This document shows positions 28,890 through 37,395 of a stretch of DNA of 63,381 nucleotides, piece by piece. Location: contig NZ_CAJULS010000001.1 in NCBI RefSeq assembly GCF_910587525.1, positions 1 through 63,381 on the forward strand. The letters are read 5' to 3'. A program made the position numbers and the translations under genes. The stretch is from an uncultured Oscillibacter sp. (lineage in GTDB: Bacteria > Bacillota > Clostridia > Oscillospirales > Oscillospiraceae). The notes beneath the pieces were generated by a model. It worked only from the letters and a program-made list of their open reading frames with translations, was not told where the DNA came from and did not search any database. Within the stretch, counting starts at the first letter, position 1. Each line of letters starts with the position of its first letter.

Positions 28890-31115
28890 ATGGACCCCAA
28901 AGAAGAGAAAACCCAATACGGCCTGGACAACGTCACGGACATCCCCGCCTCCGACGAGGAGTACTCTCTGGAGGAGATTCTGGCGGAGTTCGGCGGCAGT
29001 CTGGAGCATACGCTTCTCAAGGGCACGGCGGCGGCTCCGCCGGAGGAGGAGCCCCCGCCGCCCCCGCCGGACCTGGTACCTCCGCCGCCGCAGCCGGTGC
29101 CCTCCAGGGCGCAGCCCCTTCCGCCGGAGGGGGAACCACCCAAGCCGAAGCCTGCCCCGCCGCCCCCGCTGGAGGAGACGCCCGCACCGGCGGGGGCCCC
29201 CACACCGGAAGAGGAACCCAAACTGGAGGATATCCTGGCGGACCCCTCTTTTCGAAAGCCCGCCTCCCCTACTGTGGAGATGGACATTCTGGACATGGCT
29301 CTGCCCAAAGCACCCCGCCCCGTGTCCCTGGAGGACATGGTGGGCAGCACTGTGGACGCGGTGATGGAGGAGTCGTCGGAGCCCCTGCTGCCCCCCAAGC
29401 GGCGGGGTCTGTTCTCCCGGAAGCCTCTGGAGGAGACGGAACAGCTCTACGGTCCCCCGGAGCCGGAACCCGAACCGGAGCCGGAGCCCATCGGCCCGGA
29501 GCCGGAATTGTTCCGGACAGCGGCGGAGTACCGGGCAGCGTACCACCGCCGCAGGCGCCTTCTGCCCGCGGCGGCTGTCGTCTCCCTGGTTCCCACGCTG
29601 CTGCTGGCGCTGGAGCGTTTCGGCATCGCCGTCCCCGGCTGGAGCGACGACCCCCGGCGGCAGACATATATCCTGCTGGCGTGCCTGGCTGTGACGGCTC
29701 TGCTGTGCCGCCATGTCTTTTTCAAGGGAGTAAAACTGCTGGTCCGGGGCCGCTGTACCGGAGAGCTGCTGATCGCACTCTCCTCTCTGGTCTCGGCGGC
29801 GGACTGCGTCTGCCGCCTGATGGAAAACCAGCGGACAGACACCGTGCCCTACGCCTCCGTCAGCTGTCTGGCCCTGGCCTTTGCCCTGTGGGGCTGCCAG
29901 CGGGAGAGCAGCGGAATGTACGACACCTTCCGCTCCGCCTCGCTGGACGACGATCCCCCTTATCTTGTGACGGACACCCCCCATGGGGCCTGCAAGCAGC
30001 GCGGCGCCGTCTCCGGCTTCTACACCGCCGCCATGCGGGACAACGGCGCGGTCCTGTGGCAGACGGTCTTCCTGCCCTTGGTGCTGGCGGCCTCCATGGT
30101 GTTCGCGGGCCTCAGTTCCCTGAGCCAGGAGCGGGTAGACGACTTTTTTCTGAACTGGTCCGCCATTCTGGCGGCGGGCGCCTCCTTTGCTTTGCCCCTA
30201 GGCTGGGGGCTGGCCTACGGCAATTTGGCCCGGCACCTGCAAAAGGCGGGCTGCACCGTGGCGGGGTGGTTCGGCGCGGAGCGTGTCAGCCGGAGACGGA
30301 AGATGATCCTGACGGACGCGGACCTCTTTCCCCCCGGCACCATGCAGCTGGGCGGCGTGAAGGTCTTTGGCGAGGTGCTGTCCGTAGCGGTGTCCTATGC
30401 CGCCTCCATGGCCCGGGCCGCCGGCAGCGGACTGGAGCGGCTGTTTGACGAGCTGCTCCGCAGTGAGCTGGGCAGCTACGAGGAGGTATCCGGCTTCGCC
30501 TTCTACGAGGAGGGCGGCTGGTCCGGCACCATTCGCGGGGAGTCCATTCTCATGGGCACCGCCTCCTTTATGCGGAAGATGGACGTGCGCCTGCCCGGGG
30601 ATATCAACCTGAAAACCGGGCTGTTCCTCTCCGTGGATCACCATCTCATCGCCGTGTTCGCGGTGAAGTACAACGCCTCGGAAAATGTGGACTTTGCCCT
30701 GCGGATGATGACTCGAAGCCGTGTCTTCCCCATTCTGGCCTCCCGGGACCCCAACCTCGTCCCGGAGCTGCTGCGCCGGAAGTTCTACAAGGGCGTGAAG
30801 GTGGAGTTTCCGGACCTGACCACGCGAGTGGCCCTCAGTGAGGCGGAGCTGGACCGGGGCCTCCCCCGGGCGCTGATCTTCCGGGAAGGTCTGCTGCCCT
30901 ACGCCGAGACGGTGGTGGGCAGCCGCCGGATGTGCAGGGCGGTCCGCCGCTCCACCATCTTCTCCCTGTTGGGCAGCGCGGCGGGAACACTGCTGGCCTT
31001 CTATCTGGTGTTTCTGCAGCAGTATACCCTGCTGACGCCCCTGGCCCTGGAGCTCTTTTTGCTGCTGTGGACCTTGCCGGTACTGCTGATGGTGGACTGG
31101 GCGGGCCGGTACTGA
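28890..31115 (+). CDS. Membrane protein with Pro/Glu-rich N-terminus and a degenerate P1B-type ATPase-like C-terminal half
   Basis: Multiple TMs; segment order mirrors heavy-metal P-ATPases, but the DKTGT position reads TDADL; AAAGGA RBS before ATG 28890. Confidence 0.7.
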   Translation: MDPKEEKTQYGLDNVTDIPASDEEYSLEEILAEFGGSLEHTLLKGTAAAPPEEEPPPPPPDLVPPPPQPVPSRAQPLPPEGEPPKPKPAPPPPLEETPAPAGAPTPEEEPKLEDILADPSFRKPASPTVEMDILDMALPKAPRPVSLEDMVGSTVDAVMEESSEPLLPPKRRGLFSRKPLEETEQLYGPPEPEPEPEPEPIGPEPELFRTAAEYRAAYHRRRRLLPAAAVVSLVPTLLLALERFGIAVPGWSDDPRRQTYILLACLAVTALLCRHVFFKGVKLLVRGRCTGELLIALSSLVSAADCVCRLMENQRTDTVPYASVSCLALAFALWGCQRESSGMYDTFRSASLDDDPPYLVTDTPHGACKQRGAVSGFYTAAMRDNGAVLWQTVFLPLVLAASMVFAGLSSLSQERVDDFFLNWSAILAAGASFALPLGWGLAYGNLARHLQKAGCTVAGWFGAERVSRRRKMILTDADLFPPGTMQLGGVKVFGEVLSVAVSYAASMARAAGSGLERLFDELLRSELGSYEEVSGFAFYEEGGWSGTIRGESILMGTASFMRKMDVRLPGDINLKTGLFLSVDHHLIAVFAVKYNASENVDFALRMMTRSRVFPILASRDPNLVPELLRRKFYKGVKVEFPDLTTRVALSEAELDRGLPRALIFREGLLPYAETVVGSRRMCRAVRRSTIFSLLGSAAGTLLAFYLVFLQQYTLLTPLALELFLLLWTLPVLLMVDWAGRY

Positions 31116-31128
31116 GGAGGCATCCTTT

Positions 31129-31719
31129 GTGACGGATTTTCAAAAATACGAGAAACTGAATATTGACGGTTCCTGGATCAATCTGGAGAGGGGACCCAAA
31201 AAGGGCGGCTGTTTCTGCACGCCCAAAGGCGCGGAGGTCATCGGCTGGGAGAACGGCATCCACTACTGCTTCATCCGGGGCTATGGAGAGATGGTCTTTG
31301 CCGTAAATCCGGAGAGCTGTGCGGAGGAAAACGTCTACCCCCTGGCGGCGGATTTCCGGGACTTCCTCCGCCTTCTGCTGTCCTGCGGCACCACCACCGC
31401 CCTGGAACAGATCGTCTGGTGGACGGAGGCGCAGTTCCTGGCTTTTTTGGCGGAGGAGGCACGCCAAACGCCGCCGGAGCGGACGGCAGTCCTGGCGCGG
31501 ATTCAGGAGGCGTTTCAGCTGGAACCCATGGATCATCCTTTCCAATACGTCAAAACGCTTCAGGCCGGTTTTGACCGGAGCAGGCTGCGCTACACCGGCG
31601 AGTATTACGAGGTGACTGGCCGGGCACGGCCGGACGGCGCCTGTGCGGAGAGCCGGGGCTTTGAATTTCCCCCGGTTACCCTTACCTTTTTCCGCCGGGA
31701 GCAAGACGGCAGAGAATGA
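31129..31719 (+). CDS. Hypothetical protein, possibly SMI1/KNR4 (SUKH)-like
   Basis: GGAGG RBS with GTG start; GIHYCF...VFAVNP...LAADFRDFL pattern. Confidence 0.6.
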   Translation: MTDFQKYEKLNIDGSWINLERGPKKGGCFCTPKGAEVIGWENGIHYCFIRGYGEMVFAVNPESCAEENVYPLAADFRDFLRLLLSCGTTTALEQIVWWTEAQFLAFLAEEARQTPPERTAVLARIQEAFQLEPMDHPFQYVKTLQAGFDRSRLRYTGEYYEVTGRARPDGACAESRGFEFPPVTLTFFRREQDGRE

Positions 31720-31729
31720 TTACCCTGTC

Positions 31730-31767
31730 AAAAAGAGCGGCATGGCGTCTGCCATGCCGCTCTTTTT
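31730..31767. terminator. Bidirectional terminator
   Basis: AAAAAGAGCGGCATGGC / GCCATGCCGCTCTTTTT between convergent genes. Confidence 0.85.
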
Positions 31768-31772
31768 ATCTT

Positions 31773-33671
31773 TCACGCCAATTCCGCCTGGCCGGTGTAC
31801 AGCTGGTAGTACCTGCCGTGCTGTCCGATCAGGTCGTCGTGGTCGCCCCGCTCGACGATCCGCCCCTGCTCCAGCACCATGATGGCCTTGGCGTTGCGGA
31901 CCGTGGAGAGGCGGTGGGCGATGACAAACACCGTCCGCCCCCCCATGAGCCGGTCCATGCCCTGCTCGATGAGCTTCTCTGTCCGGGTGTCGATGGAGCT
32001 GGTGGCCTCATCCAAAATCAGCACTGGCGGGTTGGCGCAGGCCGCCCGGGCGATGTTCAAAAGCTGTCGCTCTCCCTGGCTCAGGCTGCTGCCGCCGCCG
32101 CTGAGCACGGTGTCATATCCCTTTGGCAGATGCCGGATAAAGCTGTCCGCCCCGGCCAGACGGGCAGCGGCGCGGACCTCCTCGTCCGAGGCGTCCAAAC
32201 GGCCGTAACGGATATTGTCCGCCACGGTGCCGGTGAAAAGGTGGGTATCCTGCAAAACCACGCCCAGGGACCGGCGCAGGGAGTCCTTGGCAATATCCCG
32301 CACATCGATGCCGTCGTAGGTAATGGCACCGCTCTGGATCTCATAAAAGCGGTTGATGAGGCTGGTGATGGTGGTCTTGCCCGCGCCGGTGGAGCCCACA
32401 AAGGCGATCTTCTGCCCGGGCTTTGCAAAGAGGGATACGTCGTTCAAAACGACCCGATCTTCGTTGTAACCAAACACCACATGATCGAACCGCACGTCTC
32501 CCCGGAGGGGGACCAGCGTACCGTCCGGCTTCAGCCAGGCCCAGGTGTTGTTGTCATAGTGGACCCGGGTGAGGCCGCCGGAGGCATCTTCTGCCGCCCG
32601 CACCAGCACCACTTTGCCCTCGTCTGTCTCCGGCTGGGCCTCCATCACCTCAAAAACCCGTTCCGCGCCGGCCATAGCGGAGAGGATGGTGTTCATCTGC
32701 TGGGAAATCTGGGTGATGGGCTGGCCCACCTGCCGGGTGTACTGGAGGAAAGCCCCCAGATCTCCCAGCCGGAAGGTCCCGCCGCTGTGAATGGCGAACA
32801 TGGCCCCCAGACAGCAGCTGACGGCGTAGTTGATATAGTTCAGGTTTCCCATGGCGGGCATCATAGCTCCGGCGTAGGCGTGGGCCCGGGAGGCCGCCTG
32901 GCGGTACGCCTCGTTCCGGGTATAGAAGCCCTCCTTTGCGGCGGTCTCATGGTTGAAGACTTTGATGACCTTCTGACCCTCGATCATCTCCTCGATGTAT
33001 CCGTTGACCTCACCCAAGGCCTGCTGCTGAGCCGCGAAATACCGCCGGCTGCGGCCGCCGATGGTCCGCACTACCAGCAGCATCACCGCCAGCACGGCAA
33101 AGGTGATGAGCGTCAGGGCGGGACTCAGCACCAGCATCATGACAATGGTGCCCAAAAAATTCAGCGTGCAGGAGACCACACTGCCAAAGCTGTTGTTCAG
33201 AGCCTCGGAGATGGTCTCAATATCGTTGGTATAGCGGCTCATCAGCTCGCCGTGGGTGTGGGCGTCGAAGTATTTCAGCGGCAGTCTCTGCATCCGTTCA
33301 AAGAGATCCGTCCTGATTTTCGCCACACAGGTCTGGGCGACATGCACCATAATCCGGGCGTAGCCAAAAGAGCACACCGCCCCGGTAATATACACTGCCG
33401 CCATGAGGCACAGCATTTTCGCAAGCCCCGGAAAATCTCCGGGCAGGATATAGTCATTGATCAAGGGCTTGATAAGATAGGAGCCCCCCACGGTGCAGGC
33501 GGAGCTGACACAAAGCAGCACTACCACCACCGCCAGCAGCGCTTTGTACCGCCCCAGGTAACCCATCAGCTTCCCCAGCGTGCCGCGGATATTCTTCGGT
33601 TTTTGAAAGCCGCCTTTCGGACCATGATGTCCCGGGCCGCCCGGCCCCACAGGTCTTTTATTCTCAGCCAC
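31773..33671 (-). CDS. ABC exporter TMD-NBD subunit (canonical catalytic site)
   Basis: GSTGAGKTT, LSQGERQ, ILDEATS, IAHRLST. Confidence 0.93.
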   Translation of the reverse strand: MAENKRPVGPGGPGHHGPKGGFQKPKNIRGTLGKLMGYLGRYKALLAVVVVLLCVSSACTVGGSYLIKPLINDYILPGDFPGLAKMLCLMAAVYITGAVCSFGYARIMVHVAQTCVAKIRTDLFERMQRLPLKYFDAHTHGELMSRYTNDIETISEALNNSFGSVVSCTLNFLGTIVMMLVLSPALTLITFAVLAVMLLVVRTIGGRSRRYFAAQQQALGEVNGYIEEMIEGQKVIKVFNHETAAKEGFYTRNEAYRQAASRAHAYAGAMMPAMGNLNYINYAVSCCLGAMFAIHSGGTFRLGDLGAFLQYTRQVGQPITQISQQMNTILSAMAGAERVFEVMEAQPETDEGKVVLVRAAEDASGGLTRVHYDNNTWAWLKPDGTLVPLRGDVRFDHVVFGYNEDRVVLNDVSLFAKPGQKIAFVGSTGAGKTTITSLINRFYEIQSGAITYDGIDVRDIAKDSLRRSLGVVLQDTHLFTGTVADNIRYGRLDASDEEVRAAARLAGADSFIRHLPKGYDTVLSGGGSSLSQGERQLLNIARAACANPPVLILDEATSSIDTRTEKLIEQGMDRLMGGRTVFVIAHRLSTVRNAKAIMVLEQGRIVERGDHDDLIGQHGRYYQLYTGQAELA

Positions 33672-35427
33672 CGATGCTCACCCCTTCCTGCTGGGACCGG
33701 TATACGTCCCGGTATATCTCACAGCTCTCCATCAGCTCCTCATGGGTCCCCTGGGCGGCAATCCGGCCGCCGTCCATCACCAGAATCATGTCCGCGTCCC
33801 GCACGGAGGCCACCCGCTGGGCGATGATGAGCTTTGTGGCGTCCTTCAGCTCATTGGCAAAGGCCGACCGTATTTTGGCGTCCGTGGCCGTGTCCACGGC
33901 GCTGGTGGAGTCGTCCAGGATCAATACCCTGGGCTTTTTCAAAATCGCCCGGGCGATGCACAGCCGCTGCTTCTGCCCGCCGGAGACGTTGACGCCTCCC
34001 TGACCAAGGTCGGTGTCCAGGCCGTCGGGCATCCGCTCCAGAAACTCGTCGGCGCAGGCGGCGCGGCAGGCCGCCCACAGCTCCTCCTCCGAGGCATTGG
34101 GATCGCCCCAGAGGAGGTTCTCCCGAATGGTGCCGGAGAACAGCGTGTTCTTCTGCAAAACCACGCTCACCGCATCCCGCAGGTGCTCCATGGTGTAGGC
34201 CTCCACCGGCCGGCCGCCCACGGACACGGCGCCCTCTCCCGCCTCGTAAAGCCTGGGAATCAGAGACACCAATGTGGTCTTAGCGCTGCCGGTGCCTCCC
34301 AGAATGCCCACGGTGGCTCCGGAGGGAATGTGGAGGCTCACGTCCCGCAGGACCCACTCCGGGCTCTCCGCGCTGTACTTAAAGGACACATGGTCAAAGT
34401 CGATACTGCCGTCCTTCACGGCGGCGGGCGTCTCAGCGCCATTCTCATCGGTATCGGTCTCCGCCCGCTGGTCGGTAATGGCGGGCCGTTCCTCCAGCAC
34501 CTCCACAATGCGGCGGGCACAGGCCACGGAGCGGCTGAGCATCATAAAGATCATGGAGACCATCATCAGAGACACCATGATCTGGGAGATATAGGTGAAG
34601 TAGGTCATCAGCTTTCCCGCCTCCAGGGTTCCGGCGTAGACCATCTGTCCGCCAAACCACATGACGGCGATGATGGTACCGTAGACAATCAGCATCATGA
34701 TGGGCATGTTGATGACCACTACGCCGAAGGCCCGCAGGGAGGTGTCCTTCAAATCGTGGTTGCGGGCGGTGAATTTCTCCTTCTCATGCTCCTCCCGGAC
34801 AAAGGACTTCACCACCCGGATGCCCGCCAGATTCTCCTGTACCACCAGGTTCAGCGCATCGGTCTTCTCCTGGAGAGAGCGGAACATGGGCCCCACCCGG
34901 GTCAAAATCAGCGCCACCACAATCAGCAGCAGCGGCAGCGCCGCCAAAAACACGCTGCTCAGCCGCAGGCTGATCCGGATGGACAGCACCAGGGCAGACA
35001 CCAGCATCACCGGGGCCCGCACCAGCAGGCGCATGCCCATCATCAGCGTCATCTGCATGGCGTTGACGTCGTTGGTGAGCCTTGTCACCAGGGAGGCCGT
35101 GGAGAACTTCTCAATGTTGGAGAAGGCAAACTCCTGGATATGCTCATACTCCGCCCTGCGAAGATTGGCGCCAAATCCCTGGCCCGCTACGGAGGAAAAC
35201 ACCGCCGCCCCCAGGCCGAAGGCCAGAGACACCATGGCCATGACCACCATCAGTCCGCCCTTTTGCAGAATAAACGCCTGGTCGGCGTTTTTGATGCCGA
35301 TGTCCACAATGTCGCTCATCACCAGGGGAATCAGCAGCTCAAACACCGCCTCCAGGGCGCTGCAAAGCACGCCGGCGGCAATCCATCTGCCGTACGGTCT
35401 GGCGTGCGGCCACAGTTTTTTTATCAT
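33664..35427 (-). CDS. ABC exporter TMD-NBD subunit (degenerate site)
   Basis: GGTGSAKTT, VSGGQKQR, ILDDSTS (E to D), IAQR (H to Q); TM287/288-type heterodimer. Confidence 0.93.
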   Translation of the reverse strand: MIKKLWPHARPYGRWIAAGVLCSALEAVFELLIPLVMSDIVDIGIKNADQAFILQKGGLMVVMAMVSLAFGLGAAVFSSVAGQGFGANLRRAEYEHIQEFAFSNIEKFSTASLVTRLTNDVNAMQMTLMMGMRLLVRAPVMLVSALVLSIRISLRLSSVFLAALPLLLIVVALILTRVGPMFRSLQEKTDALNLVVQENLAGIRVVKSFVREEHEKEKFTARNHDLKDTSLRAFGVVVINMPIMMLIVYGTIIAVMWFGGQMVYAGTLEAGKLMTYFTYISQIMVSLMMVSMIFMMLSRSVACARRIVEVLEERPAITDQRAETDTDENGAETPAAVKDGSIDFDHVSFKYSAESPEWVLRDVSLHIPSGATVGILGGTGSAKTTLVSLIPRLYEAGEGAVSVGGRPVEAYTMEHLRDAVSVVLQKNTLFSGTIRENLLWGDPNASEEELWAACRAACADEFLERMPDGLDTDLGQGGVNVSGGQKQRLCIARAILKKPRVLILDDSTSAVDTATDAKIRSAFANELKDATKLIIAQRVASVRDADMILVMDGGRIAAQGTHEELMESCEIYRDVYRSQQEGVSIGG

Positions 35428-35867
35428 GTATGCAGTTCCTCCTTTAAGTTCTCAACAATCCGGTCCAGCAGCCGCAGCAGTGTCTCCCGCTCCTCCGCGG
35501 AAAGGCCCCGGACCATAGCCTCCTCGCTGTCCAGAAAGCTCTCCACAAACCGGGCCTGCTGTTCTCTGCCCTTATCCGTCAGGGTGATAAGCCGCCGCCG
35601 GGCGTCCGTGTCGCTGACGGTCCGCTGCACCAGTCCCTTCTCCTCCATCCGGTCCAGAATACCGTTGACGGTGGAGGGCTTCGCCCGCATGAACTCCGTG
35701 AGCTCCCGCTGGGGAACCTGGCCGCCGTGCTGGTTGAGATACATCAGAACGCGGGTCTGGACCGGCGTCACGTCATAACGGGACACTCTCGCGTCCATGG
35801 CGCATTTTGCCATCTGCGCCGCCCAGCCCAGGGTGGGCCCCAGGCGGCGGGAATCATCCTGCCACAT
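35424..35867 (-). CDS. MarR family transcriptional regulator
   Basis: LDRMEEKGLVQR...DARRRLITLT; overlaps the ABC gene start. Confidence 0.93.
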   Translation of the reverse strand: MWQDDSRRLGPTLGWAAQMAKCAMDARVSRYDVTPVQTRVLMYLNQHGGQVPQRELTEFMRAKPSTVNGILDRMEEKGLVQRTVSDTDARRRLITLTDKGREQQARFVESFLDSEEAMVRGLSAEERETLLRLLDRIVENLKEELHT

Positions 35868-35897
35868 CGCCGCGCCTCCTTTCTCTGGCCTGGCAAA

Positions 35898-35958
35898 ATA
35901 TTTAGCCAGCTAAATATTAGCGGGCTAAATAATAACACACACTCCCGTGTCCTGTCAA
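35898..35958 (-). promoter_or_regulatory. marR-ABC promoter with tandem palindromic operators
   Basis: Minus strand TTGACA-N18-TATTAT; TTAGCnnGCTAA at 35902-35913 and 35917-35928, directly downstream of the -10. Confidence 0.7.
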
Positions 35959-36062
35959 CGTGCAAAATGCCAATATTTTTGAACGATTTATGAACAAAAT
36001 CAGAAGAATTTGGTCGAAATTGGAAGTGTTGTAAACAAATTGTGAAGGATGGGCAAAGACAG

Positions 36063-36091
36063 TTGACTTTTGGGTAAGCCTCGGATATGAT
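36063..36091 (+). promoter_or_regulatory. SigA-type promoter of the candidate sRNA
   Basis: TTGACT-N17-TATGAT. Confidence 0.65.
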
Positions 36092-36097
36092 GGACCC

Positions 36098-36200
36098 ATC
36101 AAGCAGAAAGCTTGAGCTACACACACCATTTTCCCTCTCCTTTCTCTATAATCATACGGGGAACCGGGCAGTCCGCGAGGACTGCCCGGTTCCCCGTTTC
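36098..36200 (+). ncRNA. Candidate small regulatory RNA with a CU-rich anti-SD segment
   Basis: Own promoter; 5' hairpin TCAAGC/GCTTGA; unpaired CCATTTTCCCTCTCCTTTCTC; 17-bp perfect 3' stem with GCGA loop. Confidence 0.55.
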
Positions 36201-36294
36201 CGGCAGATTGCGGCGGGAGGGGAGGAATGGCCCGCACAGAGGGGGGCGGCCATTCCTCCCCTCCCACCGCTCACTTTTGAATATCAACTTATTT

Positions 36295-36347
36295 TTATCG
36301 AAAAACAATAAAATTTTATTGACATTCAGCGTATCCCGTGGTAGGAT
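36295..36347 (+). promoter_or_regulatory. Operator and promoter of the DUF2975/HTH operon
   Basis: Imperfect palindrome TTATCG-N5-CAATAA next to TTGACA-N17-TAGGAT (TG-extended). Confidence 0.6.
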
Positions 36348-36371
36348 ACCAGAAAAAGGAGGTGTCCCGCC

Positions 36372-36551
36372 ATGTGCTTGACTGCTTTTCTGATTCCCGC
36401 CGGACTGGCGCTGTTCATCCTGGCCGCGGTCCTGCTGGTACAGGGGATACGGCACAATCACAGGGGAAAGATGTTCTCCTCCGTAGGAATTCTGGCGATT
36501 TTGGCGGCCGGGTGCGCGGTGATGATGGAGTTCATCACCCGGCCGCTGTGA
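36372..36551 (+). CDS. Small 59-aa two-TM membrane protein
   Basis: AAAGGAGG RBS; MCLTAFLIPAGLALFILAAVLLVQG...GILAILAAGCAVMMEFITRPL; below the ORF-track cutoff. Confidence 0.75.
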   Translation: MCLTAFLIPAGLALFILAAVLLVQGIRHNHRGKMFSSVGILAILAAGCAVMMEFITRPL

Positions 36552-36565
36552 GAGGAGGATGCTTT

Positions 36566-37117
36566 GTGGAAAGGATTCCGGTACAGAAACTTGCGAAAGT
36601 GCTGTACGTTCTGGTACTGATCGCCCTGGCGTGCAACATCATTGCCGTGTATCTGGTGCCCGCTGTTGTTCTGGTGGGCGGCACCCAGAGGTTTGTGGCG
36701 CACCCGGAGTGGTGGGGCGGGCTGCAGGGGGCCACCGCAGCCTGGACCCACGGCTGGATTTGGTTCAGCGGCCACGAGTGGGCTTTGACTCTGTTTCTCG
36801 TCTTTGCCGGCGCCAATACCGCCGTCATCCTCTGGCAGGCCCGCCGGGTGCTGAAAACCGTTCTGGCTGGGACCCCTTTTGCGTCAGAGAATGCCGTCAG
36901 CCTCCGGCGGGCCGCCGTGTGCTGCTTCCTCATTGCCGCCGCGGCCCTGGCCCGGGTCATTTTCAGCGTCTGCTGCTACCGCTCTCCCCTACCCCTGGCC
37001 ACCTACAATGCCCTGTTCGTCCCCATGTTCGCCATGGCAGGCCTCCTATGCCTGGTTATGTCCGCCCTCTTCCGCCAGGCGGCGGAGATGAAGGCGGAAA
37101 ACGACCTGACGATTTGA
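36566..37117 (+). CDS. DUF2975 family membrane protein
   Basis: GTPFASENAVSLRR and LFRQAAEMKAENDLTI signature; GGAGG with GTG start. Confidence 0.85.
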   Translation: MERIPVQKLAKVLYVLVLIALACNIIAVYLVPAVVLVGGTQRFVAHPEWWGGLQGATAAWTHGWIWFSGHEWALTLFLVFAGANTAVILWQARRVLKTVLAGTPFASENAVSLRRAAVCCFLIAAAALARVIFSVCCYRSPLPLATYNALFVPMFAMAGLLCLVMSALFRQAAEMKAENDLTI

Positions 37118-37125
37118 GGTGGGCC

Positions 37126-37347
37126 ATGATCGTGGTGAATTTGGATGTGATGATGGCCAAGCGGAAAATAACCCTCTCCCAGCTGTCGGAGAAGGTAGAC
37201 GTGACGCTGGCCAACCTCTCGATTTTGAAAAACAACAAGGCCAAGGCGGTGCGTTTTTCCACCCTGGAGGCCATTTGCGCCGCCCTGGACTGCCAGCCGG
37301 GGGACATTCTGGAATTCGTGCCGGACCGGGAGCCCGGTCAATCATGA
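37126..37347 (+). CDS. YozG-like Cro/CI HTH regulator
   Basis: MIVVNLDVMMAKRK...KAKAVRFSTLEAICAALDCQPGDILE. Confidence 0.9.
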   Translation: MIVVNLDVMMAKRKITLSQLSEKVDVTLANLSILKNNKAKAVRFSTLEAICAALDCQPGDILEFVPDREPGQS

Positions 37348-37395
37348 GACTTTTGCTGTCCGCAGATAACAGACAGCCCGAACAGGAGAATTGAT

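Noticed and set aside
29040..29500. Short tandem repeats (CCG runs, GAGCCG/GAACCC units)
   Set aside because: They encode Pro/Glu low-complexity protein (PEPEPE); not a CRISPR array or independent repeat element
35917..36129. Minus-strand ORF MVCVAQAF... behind AAAGGAG as a type I toxin
   Set aside because: It runs through two promoter regions, lacks a clear TM helix with a basic tail, and has no evident promoter; the sRNA-seed reading is more parsimonious but this is not excluded
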